From contig JAIELD010000066.1 in NCBI GenBank assembly GCA_019753285.1, positions 290 to 64,289 on the forward strand: DNA of 64,000 nt. The letters are read 5' to 3'. The stretch comes from Beijerinckiaceae bacterium (GTDB lineage Bacteria > Pseudomonadota > Alphaproteobacteria > Rhizobiales > Beijerinckiaceae). The notes beneath the pieces were generated by a model. It searched no databases. It saw only the letters and a list, made by a program, of their open reading frames with translations, and was not told the DNA's origin. Made by a program: the position numbers and the translations under genes. Shown here one piece after another: positions 50,112 through 63,133 of the stretch; within the stretch, counting starts at the first letter, position 1; each line of letters opens with the position of its first letter.

Positions 50112-51011
50112 TCAGACGTCAAGCCGCCGTCTGAGCCGCGCGGCCTTCAATGTGTTGCCGAGCAGGCAAGCGAGCGTCATCGGGCCCACGCCGCCTGGAA
50201 CCGGCGTGATCGCCTGCGCATGAAGACGTGCTGCCGCGAAATCGACGTCGCCCACCAGTTTCGTTTTGCCTTCGGGGAGGCTGATGCGGTTGATGCCGAC
50301 GTCGATCACGATCGCCTGAGGCTTCAACCAATCGCTCTTGACCATCTCTGCGCGCCCCACGGCCGCGATCAGAATGTCGGCCCTTCGGCAGACGGCCGGA
50401 AGATCGGCGGTGCGCGAATGGGCGATGGTCACTGTGCAGCTCTCCTGCAGCAGCAACTGCGCCATCGGCTTTCCGAACAGATTGGACCGGCCGATGATCA
50501 CCGCTTCGAGGCCGCTGAGGTCCTGCCGCACCGACTTCACCAGCATCAGGCTGCCGAGGGGCGTGCAGGGCACGATTCCGGATAGGAGGCCGGACTTGCC
50601 GCTCGCCAGCCGCCCCGCGTTGAGGTCCGACAGCCCGTCGACATCCTTGGCGGGGTCGAGTTCTGCGATCACGGCGTCCGCGTCGATGTGTCCGGGTAGT
50701 GGAAGCTGCACGAGAATGCCGTCGACGTCGTGATCGGCGTTCAACGTGCGGATGCAGGCGACGAGGTCGGATTGGGCGATCGTGCCAGGCAGCACATATT
50801 CGATGGAGCGCATGCCTGCCTCGACGGTCTGTTTCAGCTTGCTTCGCACATAGACCTGGCTTGCCGGATCATCGCCGACCAGTACGACGGCCAGAGCGGG
50901 CGTCACATTGTGGCGGTCCTTCAATTCGGCGACGGATTGCGCGATCTCGCGCCGCAGGGCTTCGGCGATCTGTTTGCCGTCGATCAGGGTGGCTGTCATT
51001 GCTGTATCCAT
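50112..51011 (-). CDS. folD: Bifunctional methylenetetrahydrofolate dehydrogenase / methenyl-THF cyclohydrolase
   Basis: ...[12 protein letters not shown]...[19 protein letters not shown]...PGGVGPMT. The start may be the Met at 50999. Confidence 0.95.
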   Translation of the reverse strand: MDTAMTATLIDGKQIAEALRREIAQSVAELKDRHNVTPALAVVLVGDDPASQVYVRSKLKQTVEAGMRSIEYVLPGTIAQSDLVACIRTLNADHDVDGILVQLPLPGHIDADAVIAELDPAKDVDGLSDLNAGRLASGKSGLLSGIVPCTPLGSLMLVKSVRQDLSGLEAVIIGRSNLFGKPMAQLLLQESCTVTIAHSRTADLPAVCRRADILIAAVGRAEMVKSDWLKPQAIVIDVGINRISLPEGKTKLVGDVDFAAARLHAQAITPVPGGVGPMTLACLLGNTLKAARLRRRLDV

Positions 51012-51036
51012 GGGGCCGGCCGCCGGCCTCGATGCT

Positions 51037-51330
51037 TCAGAACGGAACGAGAGGATAGATATTATAGACGATGATGCGGCGGACGAGCTCGATCAGCAGC
51101 CAAAGCACGATGAAGGAGAGATCGAGGCCGCCGAAGGAGGGCAGAAAGCGGCGGATCGGCTGCAGAAGCGGCTCGGTCAGGCGATAGAGCACGTCGACGA
51201 TCGTCGAGACGACGGGGCTTCTCGTATTGATGACGTTGAAGGCGATCAGCCAGCTGAAGATCGCCGAGGCGATGAGGATGTAGATGTAGAAATTCAGTGC
51301 GATCAGAATGACTTCAAGCAGGGCGCGCAT
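51037..51330 (-). CDS. YggT family membrane protein
   Basis: 97 aa with two TM pairs. ...[11 protein letters not shown]... and ...[20 protein letters not shown] are YggT-like. Confidence 0.8.
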   Translation of the reverse strand: MRALLEVILIALNFYIYILIASAIFSWLIAFNVINTRSPVVSTIVDVLYRLTEPLLQPIRRFLPSFGGLDLSFIVLWLLIELVRRIIVYNIYPLVPF

Positions 51331-51462
51331 GAAAACAGGACTCCTTGGCCATGATCAACGCAGACACGTGGCATGGCTCACGCGCATCGAGACCGGTGCC
51401 GTTCTATATGGCATTATCGGTGAGCCGGGCAACAGGCGAGCCGGCGCGGCGCGAGGCTGCGG

Positions 51463-51834
51463 TCAGGATGCGATCGCCGTTACCGGCGGTTCCTCGATCG
51501 TCTTGGACGCCTTGCCGCCGGTGCCTTTCGGCAGCTTCTCCGCGATGCCGTAAAGCCGCTGGCGGCGCGCAATCTCATCGGCGATCTCGGACGGCTTGAT
51601 GCCCATCTCGGCAAGCAGGACACAGAGCTGGTAGAGGAGGTCCGCGCTTTCGAGGATCGTGTCGTGGCGCTTCTGCTGCAGCGCCTCGATGCCAACCTCG
51701 ATCGCCTCCTCGGCGAGCTTCTTGACCATCTTGGCCATGCCCTCGCGAAACAGCTTGGCGGTCCGCGAACGCCCTGGATCAAGCGCGCGGGCCTGAAGCA
51801 CCGATTCATAAAGGGTTTCCATCGAATCAAGCAT
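51463..51834 (-). CDS. hisE: Phosphoribosyl-ATP pyrophosphatase
   Basis: Trimmed from 51846 to MLDSMETLYESV...SRTAKLF.EG..K..KKLAEEAIEV.IEA......I..ESADLLYQL.VLL. Confidence 0.75.
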   Translation of the reverse strand: MLDSMETLYESVLQARALDPGRSRTAKLFREGMAKMVKKLAEEAIEVGIEALQQKRHDTILESADLLYQLCVLLAEMGIKPSEIADEIARRQRLYGIAEKLPKGTGGKASKTIEEPPVTAIAS

Positions 51835-51931
51835 GTTTAAGTCCAATCACGAACACTATCAGCACAGTTTGGCGGCACCGCAATGGCTTTGACTTGCTTC
51901 GCACAGGCGATGGTTGTGCTCATCGCCTTTT

Positions 51932-52690
51932 CTACTTGGGCAATGGCTCAAGGCCGCGCGACCTCATCTCGGCTCGTGCCACGGGGGACGAGAGAAGATC
52001 GATGAGCGCAGTTGCCTCGGCCTGATGGGCTTCGGGGCTCATGGCGGCCGAATAGACGACGTAGTTCTGGAACGCCTCCGGCAGCAATCCGGCAAGCTGC
52101 ACGCCCGGCACGCCGAGAATGTTCGGCACGGAAATCACCATCAGGTCGACCTCACCCCTCGCGATCCGTTCCATCGCTTGCGCACCCGTCTGTGCTCTCA
52201 GCTTGTCCTTGACCGCATCCTCGATGCCAAGGCCGGCGATCAGCGTCAGCATATAGGTGCTGCTGGCGCTGTTTGGCGTGTAGGCGATCGTGTTGGCAGC
52301 CAGCAAAACCCGCTTGAAGGCGTCCGGCGTCGAAAGATCGGGCTTGGGCGCAGTGCTTTTCATGGCGATGCCCATCGCGGCCCTCGCTATGTCGCGCCGT
52401 GCGGGCGTGAGCTTGCCCTTTTCGATCAGCCTGTCGATTTGGTCCGGCAACAGCAGCGCCACGTCGATCTTGAGGCTCGCCTCGATCTCTTTCGTCAGAT
52501 TGGCAGCCGTGTCGTATTCGGCGACGATGGTATGGCCGCTCTGGGCAAGAAGCGTCGGCGCGATGCGATCGAGCAGCGCTTTCAGCGTAGGGGTGCTGAA
52601 AACCCGGATCTCGGCCGCGCGCGGCAGGCCAGGTGCGATGATGATCGCCGCAACCAGGATCGCGCTTCTTGCAGCGGACCGCAGCCGCAT
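51932..52690 (-). CDS. Periplasmic substrate-binding protein (ModA-like PBP fold)
   Basis: Trimmed from 52762 to MRLRSAARSAILVAAIIIAPGLPRAAE (signal). It is ~250 aa, and ...IRVFSTPTLKALL... plus ...GEVDLMVISVPNI... resemble molybdate/anion-binding proteins. Confidence 0.55.
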   Translation of the reverse strand: MRLRSAARSAILVAAIIIAPGLPRAAEIRVFSTPTLKALLDRIAPTLLAQSGHTIVAEYDTAANLTKEIEASLKIDVALLLPDQIDRLIEKGKLTPARRDIARAAMGIAMKSTAPKPDLSTPDAFKRVLLAANTIAYTPNSASSTYMLTLIAGLGIEDAVKDKLRAQTGAQAMERIARGEVDLMVISVPNILGVPGVQLAGLLPEAFQNYVVYSAAMSPEAHQAEATALIDLLSSPVARAEMRSRGLEPLPK

Positions 52691-52808
52691 CAATGCTTCT
52701 CCCTTTCGCCGGCCGCGATGTCGCGGGTCTCCCCGTATATGGGCGATGAGCCTATCACTCACTCATGACAGATAGGTTTCGCGCTCCTTGCAAGCGGAGC
52801 CGTGACGA

Positions 52809-53336
52809 TCAGGCTGCGGCAAGATGCCTGAACGCCGCCACGACCTTTTCGTAGACCTCGCGCTTGAACGGGATGACGAGCTCGGGCAGCCGCTCCATCC
52901 GTTCCCAGCGCCATTCGTTGAATTCCGGCTTGACGCCACCGGCAGGGTTCAGGATGTCGATCTCGCCTTCATCGCCCTCGAAGCGGAATGCGAACCATTT
53001 CTGCGTCTGCCCGCGAAATCGGCCCCGGAAGGCGCGGCCGCTGAGATCGACAGGCAGGTCGTAATTGTACCAGTGCGGCGCTTCGGCGAGCAGGCTGGCG
53101 GAGCTGACATTGGTTTCCTCCAGCAGTTCGCGCCGAGCCGCTGCGAGCGGTGCCTCGCCGCGGTCGATCCCGCCCTGCGGCATCTGCCAGGCATAATCCT
53201 CGGACAGATCGCCGTTCATCGAAAGCTGCCGGCGGCGGCCTATGAAGACCATTCCCGCCGGGTTGAGCAGCATGACCCCGACGCACATTCGATAAGGCAG
53301 GGACTGGGGGTCGGGTTGCGGTCTGCGGGTGTCCAT
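52809..53336 (-). CDS. rppH: RNA pyrophosphohydrolase (Nudix)
   Basis: [20 protein letters not shown]...[11 protein letters not shown]....AA.REL.EET is a Nudix box. Confidence 0.9.
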   Translation of the reverse strand: MDTRRPQPDPQSLPYRMCVGVMLLNPAGMVFIGRRRQLSMNGDLSEDYAWQMPQGGIDRGEAPLAAARRELLEETNVSSASLLAEAPHWYNYDLPVDLSGRAFRGRFRGQTQKWFAFRFEGDEGEIDILNPAGGVKPEFNEWRWERMERLPELVIPFKREVYEKVVAAFRHLAAA

Positions 53337-53384
53337 GTCCAGGTGCGGCTTCCTTCTAGGCGGGCCGCTTCACCGACCCTCTGC

Positions 53385-54572
53385 TCAGGTTTTCGGGCCG
53401 GCGATCGTTGAGCTCACCGGCACCAGAGCAATGCCCTTCGCTTCCAGCGTCCTCGACCAGCGAGCGATGCGGTCGAGCGTGATCGGCAGGGCGGAGGCCG
53501 TGCCGATTGCTATACCACGTTCACGCGCAATCGTTTCCAGTTTTGCGAGGCTGGCGTCAATATCGCTGCTTCGCTGCACCGTATCAAGGACGAGATCGCC
53601 GCGCGACGCCGGCATCCCCGAGCCGGAGGCGAGCGAGACCGCAAGGCTGCGCGGCGAACTTCCATCATCGAGATAGGCAAGGCCGCGCCCGCCCACTTCC
53701 CGCAGGATCGGCGCGATGGCCGTCTCGTTCGAGGTCAGGCGCGCGCCCATGAAGTTCATCACGCCGACATAGCCCGTGAAGCGGCTCATCAGCCATTGCA
53801 GGCGGTCGACATTCTGCGTCGGCGTCAGGCTGGAGAGCAGCGTCTGCGGGCCGGGATCGTTGTCCGGATAGTCGAACGGCTCCATGGGCAGGTGCAGAAG
53901 CACCTCGTGCCCGGCGGTGCGCGCCGATTGGACCTGGCGTTCGAGATCGTTGCCGTAGGGCGCGAAGGCGAGGCTGACATCGGGCGGCAGCTTCGAGATC
54001 GCATCGGCCGTCACGCTCTGTCCGATCCCGAGCCCGCCGATGACGATGGCGATCTTCGCGGTGCGGGACCGCGCGGCCGCGCTCGGCGCGCGGGCATAAA
54101 GGTCAAAGGGCTTCAACCCGTCATTGCCGATGCGCGGCAACGCGCCGTGGCGGCTCTTTTCGACGAGGCGCTTGTCCGGCGAGAGTGCAAGCGCGCTCGG
54201 CTGAGCCTCCGGAACCCTGATGATGATCGCGCTCGGCGCCGCGCCGCCATTCTGGCGCACGACCTTGACGCCGCTATCCTGCTCGAGTTCGGCAGCCGTG
54301 CTACGATTGCCGGCCGGCGCGGCGTCCGGCCGCGTTGCAGGCTGTGTCGGGCTCGGCGCGACCGCCACGACGGCGGCCGGTTGCCGGACGATGGTGGCGA
54401 CGGCGGAGGGCTCGCCGCCGAGCGGGTCATGGGTCAGAAGCAGAAACGCGCCAAGGCCGGCGACGGTGAGAAGCGCAACGCCGAGCAGCGGCTTGCCGAG
54501 GCTGAGGCTCCGCTTCGCTTTTTTCGTTCCAGGATCGACCCCCAGCGGGGTCGACAGGTCATCGACCGACAT
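53385..54572 (-). CDS. Divergent polysaccharide deacetylase family protein (YibQ-like)
   Basis: It has an N-terminal TM and a C-terminal domain ...IAIVIGGLG...LAFAPYG...GHEVLLHLPMEP.DYP.NDPGP..L.... Confidence 0.8.
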   Translation of the reverse strand: MSVDDLSTPLGVDPGTKKAKRSLSLGKPLLGVALLTVAGLGAFLLLTHDPLGGEPSAVATIVRQPAAVVAVAPSPTQPATRPDAAPAGNRSTAAELEQDSGVKVVRQNGGAAPSAIIIRVPEAQPSALALSPDKRLVEKSRHGALPRIGNDGLKPFDLYARAPSAAARSRTAKIAIVIGGLGIGQSVTADAISKLPPDVSLAFAPYGNDLERQVQSARTAGHEVLLHLPMEPFDYPDNDPGPQTLLSSLTPTQNVDRLQWLMSRFTGYVGVMNFMGARLTSNETAIAPILREVGGRGLAYLDDGSSPRSLAVSLASGSGMPASRGDLVLDTVQRSSDIDASLAKLETIARERGIAIGTASALPITLDRIARWSRTLEAKGIALVPVSSTIAGPKT

Positions 54573-54772
54573 TGAAATCCACCCCGATCAGGCTCTGCTC
54601 CCGGCCGGCATGACGGCAGATCGGCGATCCAGCGCCTTTCGACCGACATTCCTCCAACGATGAACACAAGAGGCTACAGCGGGATTCGCGCAGCCGCCCT
54701 CATCCTGCGGACGCATGATCAATAAAGCGTTAACCTATCTTTCGATCCCGCCTGTTTTGCGCTGCGCGCGAT

Positions 54773-54804
54773 AAAAAACCCTGCCCATCGGTCGATGGGC
54801 AGGG
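54773..54804 (-). terminator. Rho-independent terminator downstream of ctpA
   Basis: On the minus strand it reads ccctgcccatc-gacc-gatgggcaggg followed by TTTTTT. Confidence 0.8.
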
Positions 54805-54828
54805 CGGGTTCGATGTCGGCGTCTGCGA

Positions 54829-56223
54829 CTATTCGGATTTCTTCTCGGGGGCCGCGCCTTCGATCTTCTTTTCGGCGGTCGCGCCGGTCTCGGTCTTCTC
54901 GACCGTAGGCTTCACGTCCGGCTTCGTCTCGTCTGGCTTGCGCACGCCGTGCAGCACGTCGAGCGCGGCGATCAACTGCTTGTCCTTCAAGGGATCGACG
55001 GGCACATAGGCCGAGGAACCGGTCTCTTCCTTGCCCTTGTTGACCTCGATATGGCCTTTGAGCGAGGCCTCGCCCTTGGTCTCGTCTTTGCCTTTCAGCT
55101 CGTCAGGCACGTCCTGCAGCACGACCATCTCCGGCTGGATGCCCTTGCCCTGGATCGAGCGGCCGGAGGGCGTGTAGTAGAGCTGGGTCGTCAGCTTCAG
55201 CGCGCCGTTTTCGCGCAGCGGGATGATGGTCTGGACCGAGCCCTTGCCGAACGAGCGCGTGCCGATGATCGTGGCGCGCTTATGGTCCTGCAGCGCGCCT
55301 GCCACGATTTCGGAGGCCGAGGCCGAGCCGCCATTGATCAGCACGACGAGCGGTTTGCCCTTGGTGAGGTCTCCGGGGGCGCGCGCCGAGAAGCGGTTGG
55401 TATCCTCGGGCGTGCGGCCGCGCGTCGAGACGATCTCGCCGCGATCGAGGAAGGTGTTCGAGACGAGGATCGCCTGGTCGAGCAGACCGCCTGGGTTGTT
55501 GCGCAAATCGACGATGTAGCCCTTGACCTTGTCCTTGCCGATTTCCGCCGACACCTTCTCGATGCCGCGCTGCAGATTTTCAGACGTGTGCTCGTTGAAC
55601 GACGATACGCGCAGATAGACGATGTCATCGCCTTCCTTGCGGGCTTTCACGACCTGCGGGCGAATGGTGTCGCGCACCAGCTTGATGTCGATCAGGTCCT
55701 TCTTCGGACCGCGCTGCATGGTGAGCGTGACAGGCGCGCCGACCGCGCCGCGCATCTTCTCGACGGCTGCGTTGAGCGCAAGACCCTGAACGGCCTCGCC
55801 ATCGATCTTGAAAATAACGTCGCCGGAAAGCACGCCGCCCTTGGCGGCCGGCGTGTCGTCGATGGGCGAGACGACCTTGAGGACGCCGTCCTCCATCGTC
55901 ACCTCGATGCCGAGGCCGCCGAACTCACCCTTTGTCGTGACCTGCATGTCCTTGAACGACTTCGCGTCGAGATAGGTCGAGTGCGGGTCGAGCGAGGAGA
56001 GCATGCCGTTGATGGACGCCTCGATCAGCTTCGTCTCGTCCGGCTTCTCGACATAATCGGAGCGCACCTTCTCGAAGATGTCGCCGAACAGGGTCAGCTT
56101 GCGGTAGACGTCGCTGGAGGCCGCGATCGCCGCGCCGCCCGAGATGCCCTGCATCTGCGCGCCGATGATGACCGTTCCAGCGCCGAACACGGCGCCGAGA
56201 AGAATGAGTGACAGCTTGCGCAT
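54829..56223 (-). CDS. ctpA: S41 family C-terminal processing peptidase
   Basis: It has a PDZ region and ...LINGGSASASEIVAGALQD..RA.I.G.RSFGKGSVQ. The start overlaps the upstream stop (TAATG). Confidence 0.92.
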   Translation of the reverse strand: MRKLSLILLGAVFGAGTVIIGAQMQGISGGAAIAASSDVYRKLTLFGDIFEKVRSDYVEKPDETKLIEASINGMLSSLDPHSTYLDAKSFKDMQVTTKGEFGGLGIEVTMEDGVLKVVSPIDDTPAAKGGVLSGDVIFKIDGEAVQGLALNAAVEKMRGAVGAPVTLTMQRGPKKDLIDIKLVRDTIRPQVVKARKEGDDIVYLRVSSFNEHTSENLQRGIEKVSAEIGKDKVKGYIVDLRNNPGGLLDQAILVSNTFLDRGEIVSTRGRTPEDTNRFSARAPGDLTKGKPLVVLINGGSASASEIVAGALQDHKRATIIGTRSFGKGSVQTIIPLRENGALKLTTQLYYTPSGRSIQGKGIQPEMVVLQDVPDELKGKDETKGEASLKGHIEVNKGKEETGSSAYVPVDPLKDKQLIAALDVLHGVRKPDETKPDVKPTVEKTETGATAEKKIEGAAPEKKSE

Positions 56224-57545
56224 TATCCGCGGGCCTTTTCATTTGAAGTTTGCACCCACCAGGGGCTTGAATCTATCGGTTGTCCGTCTTTTCTCAGCTC
56301 AATGTAGAGGTTTCGGCCTTTTCGCGGCAAATCACGCTTCTGCGAGTTGTCGGGTTCCGCAGAGACCGCCATCACGGCGATCGGTTCCCCGGCAAGGACA
56401 AACTGACCCACCTCCACCAGCGCATGGTCAACGCCGATCAGGAGCATATGATAGCCGTTGCCCGCATTGATAATCAACACCTGTCCATAAGAACGATACG
56501 CGCCTGAAAAGGCGACCCAGCCATCGTTCGGCGCGGAGATGATGGAGCCTGATGGTGGCGTAATCGTGATGCCCTTTTCGGTGCCGCCGAAGCCATCCGG
56601 CGAACCGAAGGTCTTCACGATTTCACCGGCGCTCGGCAGGCTCAGCGCGCCTTTTAGGTCCGCAAAGGCGAATTTCGGCGTCAAACGCGCCGAATCCTTG
56701 AGGCTGGAGGGTCCGAGCGACGCGGTTTGAGGGTTCTGGCCGGTCGGAAGCGGCACTTTCTTCGCGGCTTCGGCCGCGCGCGACGCGCCCGCGATGTCGC
56801 TCTCCATGCGGGCGATGAGCTCTTTCAGGGTCTGCGCCTGCTTCGCGAGCGTTGTGATCTTCTGCCGCTCCTCGCGCAATTGCTGCTCGGATGCGTCAAT
56901 TTGGCCTTGCCGCGAGGCGACGAGCGCCGCAAGGCGCTCCCTGTCGGCCGCGATGTCCTGTTTTTCCTTGAGGAGCCTGTCGCGCTGTTCGGCCTGCGCC
57001 TTGCGGTTGTCGACGAGGCTCTGGAGATCGTCGGCGAGTTGCTGTGCCTCATGCCGCAGTTCCGGCAGCACGGCCCCCAGCATGATCGATGCCCGCACCG
57101 CCTCCAGCATGTCGTTTGGCTTCACGAGCACGGCCGGCGGCGGCTTCCGGCTCATGCGCTGCAGCGCCGCCAGCACCTCGGCCATCACGTCGCGGCGCGC
57201 CTCCAGCGAACGGCGCAGCGCCCCTTCTTGCCCCTCGAGCACGCCGAGCGCCGTCTCGATCGTCGAGAGGCGCTCATCGGTCTGGCGCACGCGCCGCGTG
57301 GTGTCGATGAGGTCCTTGTTCAGTTTCGCCCGGTCGCCGCGCAGCGATTCGACATTCCTGATCGCGCGCTGTTTCTCTTCGTCGCTCTGGCGGATCGAGC
57401 CCTCGACCGCGCGCAGGTCGGCCTCGCGGCGCAGCTTCTCCTCGGTTCGCGCCTCGATGCTGGCGGGGCGCGGCGGCTCCTGCGCGTGGAGGCACGTGGC
57501 GGGTACGATGACGAGCGAGACGAGAAGGGCGGACAGACGGCGCAT
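56223..57545 (-). CDS. Murein hydrolase activator EnvC-like protein (coiled-coil plus M23/LytM domain)
   Basis: Trimmed from 57683 to MRRLSALLVSLVIVPATCLHA (signal). It has long coiled-coil repeats and a C-terminal M23-like fold ...GWVAFSGAYRSYGQVLIINAGNGYHMLLIG. Confidence 0.85.
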   Translation of the reverse strand: MRRLSALLVSLVIVPATCLHAQEPPRPASIEARTEEKLRREADLRAVEGSIRQSDEEKQRAIRNVESLRGDRAKLNKDLIDTTRRVRQTDERLSTIETALGVLEGQEGALRRSLEARRDVMAEVLAALQRMSRKPPPAVLVKPNDMLEAVRASIMLGAVLPELRHEAQQLADDLQSLVDNRKAQAEQRDRLLKEKQDIAADRERLAALVASRQGQIDASEQQLREERQKITTLAKQAQTLKELIARMESDIAGASRAAEAAKKVPLPTGQNPQTASLGPSSLKDSARLTPKFAFADLKGALSLPSAGEIVKTFGSPDGFGGTEKGITITPPSGSIISAPNDGWVAFSGAYRSYGQVLIINAGNGYHMLLIGVDHALVEVGQFVLAGEPIAVMAVSAEPDNSQKRDLPRKGRNLYIELRKDGQPIDSSPWWVQTSNEKARG

Positions 57546-57621
57546 GGTATCGCCGACCGTAGCAAGATTTGCGCGCCTTCGGAACGTGGTTGATCGCGGC
57601 GCGCAGCGAAGGCTGGGCCAA

Positions 57622-58122
57622 TCAGCCGCGATGATAAGGATGACCGGTGAGGATGGTGCCGGCGCGATAGAGCTGTTCGGCAAGTAGGACGCGCACCATC
57701 TGGTGCGGCAAGGTCATCGCGCCGAAGGACAGGACGAGGTCGGCGCGCTGGCGCAAGCCGCCATCGAGCCCGTCAGGCCCGCCGAGAATGACGGCGAGGG
57801 ATGCGCGGCCATTGCTCCTCTCGCGTTCGATGAGCGCCGCGAACCCGGTGCTCGGCATCGTCTTGCCGCGCTCGTCGAGCGTGAGGATGAAGGCATTGTC
57901 GGGAAGCGCGGTCTCGATCGCCTTCGCTTCGTCCGCCATGCGGTCTTCCGGCCTGCGGCTCGCCGACTCCGGCAGTTCGATGGTCTGGAGCCGCTCGACG
58001 CCGATTGCGCGGGCGAGCGAGGCGAACCGCTCTTCATATCGCTCCAGCAGCGAGCGCTCGGGGCCTGATTTCAGCCTGCCCACGGCGATGATCACGATGC
58101 GCACAAGCGACCCCTCGACCAT
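57622..58122 (-). CDS. rlmH: 23S rRNA (pseudouridine1915-N3)-methyltransferase
   Basis: ...RIVIIAVGRLKSGPE...ILGGPDGL...LSFG.MT.PHQ.VRV.L.EQLYRA..I..GHPYHR. The true start is probably the GTG at about 58104. Confidence 0.9.
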   Translation of the reverse strand: MVEGSLVRIVIIAVGRLKSGPERSLLERYEERFASLARAIGVERLQTIELPESASRRPEDRMADEAKAIETALPDNAFILTLDERGKTMPSTGFAALIERERSNGRASLAVILGGPDGLDGGLRQRADLVLSFGAMTLPHQMVRVLLAEQLYRAGTILTGHPYHRG

Positions 58123-58202
58123 TCTGGTGCTCTGACGGAACCGTCAAAGCGAACGCAAAATGATCAGTATCGATCGATGAGACCCCGCTGGTCGAGCAAG
58201 GC

Positions 58203-58730
58203 CTAGTGGCGTTCCGCCGCTTCCTGCGGGCGATCGGTGCCCCAGATTTTTTCAAGGTTGTAGAACTGGCGCACCTCGGGCTTGAACACATGGACGATCA
58301 TGTCGCCTGCGTCGATCAGCACCCAGTCACACTGGGGCATGCCCTCGATACGCGGCATGTCGTAGCCATTGTCCTTCATCGTCTGGACGAGATGATCCGC
58401 GATGGCGCCGACATGGCGATCGGACCGGCCTGACGCGATCACCATGACATCGGCGATCGAGGTTTTTCCGATGAGGTTGATCTTGATGACGTCTTCGGCT
58501 TTCGAGTCATCGAGATTGCTGAGGACGAGATCGACGAATTTCTGGTCGATCGTGACGTCAGTCTCGGCTGGAGCCGGCTTCGACACGCGACGCGTGGAGG
58601 CTGGCTTCGGCTTCAAGGCGCGCTTGGCAGGCGCCGCTGCAGCCAGAGGAGAAGATGTGATCAGTGCTTTCGTCCCCTTTTTACGGGGCGGCGAACCATC
58701 ACGCCGCCTGTCAATCAATATAGGGAGCAC
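58203..58730 (-). CDS. rsfS: Ribosome silencing factor RsfS (with an N-terminal extension)
   Basis: ...L.DSKAEDVI.I.L.GK.SIADVMVIASGRS.RHV.AIADHL...K......IEG....DWVLID.GD.IVH.F.PEVR.FY.LEK.W. The start is uncertain. Confidence 0.85.
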   Translation of the reverse strand: MLPILIDRRRDGSPPRKKGTKALITSSPLAAAAPAKRALKPKPASTRRVSKPAPAETDVTIDQKFVDLVLSNLDDSKAEDVIKINLIGKTSIADVMVIASGRSDRHVGAIADHLVQTMKDNGYDMPRIEGMPQCDWVLIDAGDMIVHVFKPEVRQFYNLEKIWGTDRPQEAAERH

Positions 58731-58791
58731 TGGTTACCAAATTCAATGCGTGCCCCCGCTGCAAACCAAATGAATCCTGTTTGCGTGGCGA

Positions 58792-59439
58792 TCATGTGAC
58801 GCTTCCGCCTGCTTTTCGCAGTTGTGTGGAAGATAGGAACGATCGCGGCCCATGGAGAAAGATCCAGGCAGGCGGCGGATGGCGCGCGAGAATCTTCGCG
58901 TCACTCTCGTCGAGCCGCGCCTGCGCGAATCGCTGCGCCGTCTTGGCGCTCACCGTGCGCCAGGTGGAGCCCGGCCGGTCGATCACCGCGATGGGCACCT
59001 TGCGCGCGATGCTGACCCAGTTCTGCCAGCGATGGAACTGCCCGAGATTATCCGCGCCCATCAGCCAGACGAAGCGAACGCCGGGGCAGCGTGCTTTCAA
59101 AAAATCGATCGTGTCAGAGGTGAAGCGCGTGCCGATCTCCGTCTCGAACCCGGTGACCTCGATCGCGGGGTGGCGCGCGATCGCCCGCGCCGCTGCAATC
59201 CGTTTCGCCTGGCTCGGCAGGCCTTTCACGTCCTTCAGCGGGTTGCCGGGCGTGACCAGCCACCAGATGCGGTCGAGGCCGAGCCTCTTCAGAGCCGTTT
59301 GGGAAAGGAGGACATGGCCGTTGTGCGGCGGGTTGAACGTTCCGCCGAACAGCCCGATGCGCATGCCGGCGACCGCCTTCGGCAGCTTCACGGGCCCCGT
59401 CGTGGCCTTGCGGGCGGTCTGCAGGTGGAGAACGCTCAA
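58792..59439 (-). CDS. nadD: Nicotinate-nucleotide adenylyltransferase
   Basis: [17 protein letters not shown] is preceded by ~25 extra codons. It overlaps the proA stop (ATGA). Confidence 0.9.
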   Translation of the reverse strand: MSVLHLQTARKATTGPVKLPKAVAGMRIGLFGGTFNPPHNGHVLLSQTALKRLGLDRIWWLVTPGNPLKDVKGLPSQAKRIAAARAIARHPAIEVTGFETEIGTRFTSDTIDFLKARCPGVRFVWLMGADNLGQFHRWQNWVSIARKVPIAVIDRPGSTWRTVSAKTAQRFAQARLDESDAKILARHPPPAWIFLHGPRSFLSSTQLRKAGGSVT

Positions 59440-60733
59440 GGCCTGATCGTTCCGTCCCCGCGCACGCGGTATTTGAACGAGGTCAGTTGCTCGACGCCGA
59501 CAGGGCCACGCGCATGCATGCGGCCTGTCGCGATGCCGATCTCCGCGCCGAAGCCGAACTCGCCGCCATCGGCGAACTGCGTCGAGGCATTGTGCAGCAC
59601 GATCGCCGAATCGACCTCGCTCAGGAACCGCGCGGCGGCGGCGTCATCCTCGGCCATGATCGCATCGGTGTGGTGCGAGCCATGGCGCTCGATATGCGCG
59701 ATTGCCGCATCGATGTCGTCGACGGCTTTGACGGAGATGATCGCATCGAGATATTCGGTATCCCAATCCGCGTCGCCTGCCACGCCGACGCGCGGATCGA
59801 CGCTGCGTGCCGCCTCGTCGCCGCGCACCGCGCAGCCATGATCGAGCAGGGCGCGCACCAGCGGGGCAAGATGGGTCGCTGCAGCGGAGCGGTCGACGAG
59901 CAGCGTTTCCGCCGAGCCGCAGACGCCGGTGCGCCGCAGCTTCGAATTGAGGACGACCCGTATCGCCTTGTCGAGATCGGCGCTCCCATGCACATAGACA
60001 TGGTTGACGCCGTCGAGATGCGCGAAGACCGGCACGCGCGCTTCGGCCTGCACGCGGGCGACGAGGCCCTTGCCGCCGCGGGGAACGATCACGTCGATCG
60101 CGCCGCCGAGCCCGCCGAGCATCTGTCCGACAGCGGCGCGTTCACGCGACGGCACGAGTTGCACCGCATCGACGGGTAATCCCGCCGAGGCGAGCCCCTC
60201 GCGCAGGCACTCGACGATGATCGAGGCGCTGCGCAGTGAATCGGAGCCTGCCCGCAGAATGGCGGCGTTGCCGGATTTGAGGCAGAGGCTGCCTGCATCG
60301 GCGGTGACGTTGGGGCGGCTCTCGAAGATGATGCCAATGACGCCGAGCGGGGTGCGCACCCGCTCGAAGGCGAGTCCGTTGGGTTGCCGCCAGGCGGCGA
60401 TGACAGCACCGACCGGATCGGGAAGCGCTGCGACAGCGCGGATGCCGGCCTCCATGGCGGCGATGCGGGCGGCGTCGAGCCGGAGACGATCGAGATAGGC
60501 GGCGTTGGCACCCGCTCCCTGCGCCTCGGAAACATCCTGCTCGTTGGCGGCGATCAGTGCGGGGCCTGCCGCGCGGAGCGCATCGGCCGCGGCGTAGAGC
60601 GCGGCGGTCTTGGCGTCGCTCGTCGCCAAGCCGAGACGCCGGGAGCTCGTCCGCGCATGCCGGCCGATCTCCAGCATCAGCGTTTCAAGCGCGGCCGGTT
60701 CCTCAGGCTTCGCGGGCTCGCGAAGATGCACGT

Positions 60734-60737
<4 letters not shown>
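59436..60737 (-). CDS. proA: Glutamate-5-semialdehyde dehydrogenase
   Basis: 433 aa. ...[23 protein letters not shown]... and [19 protein letters not shown] are present. Confidence 0.95.
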
Positions 60738-62958
<2,221 letters not shown>

Positions 62959-63096
62959 TCAAGTTTCAAAACTGCGCCCGGAACGGATGGACGCTGGGGC
63001 GGAACAGACTGGATGCGGACCACGCTCGATCCGCGGCTGATCATGACCGCATCTTTCGCACGTGCTGTTCCACAAATCGCTGCATTTGGCAATTTT

Positions 63097-63124
63097 CGAG
63101 GCGGCGGATCGCAACGCCGCCTCG
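63097..63124 (-). terminator. GC-rich hairpin 10 nt downstream of the GNAT gene stop (a possible terminator or attenuator ahead of obgE)
   Basis: cgaggcggcg-gatcgcaa-cgccgcctcg is a perfect 10-bp stem. No U-tract follows on the minus strand. Confidence 0.4.
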
Positions 63125-63133
63125 AGAAGACGA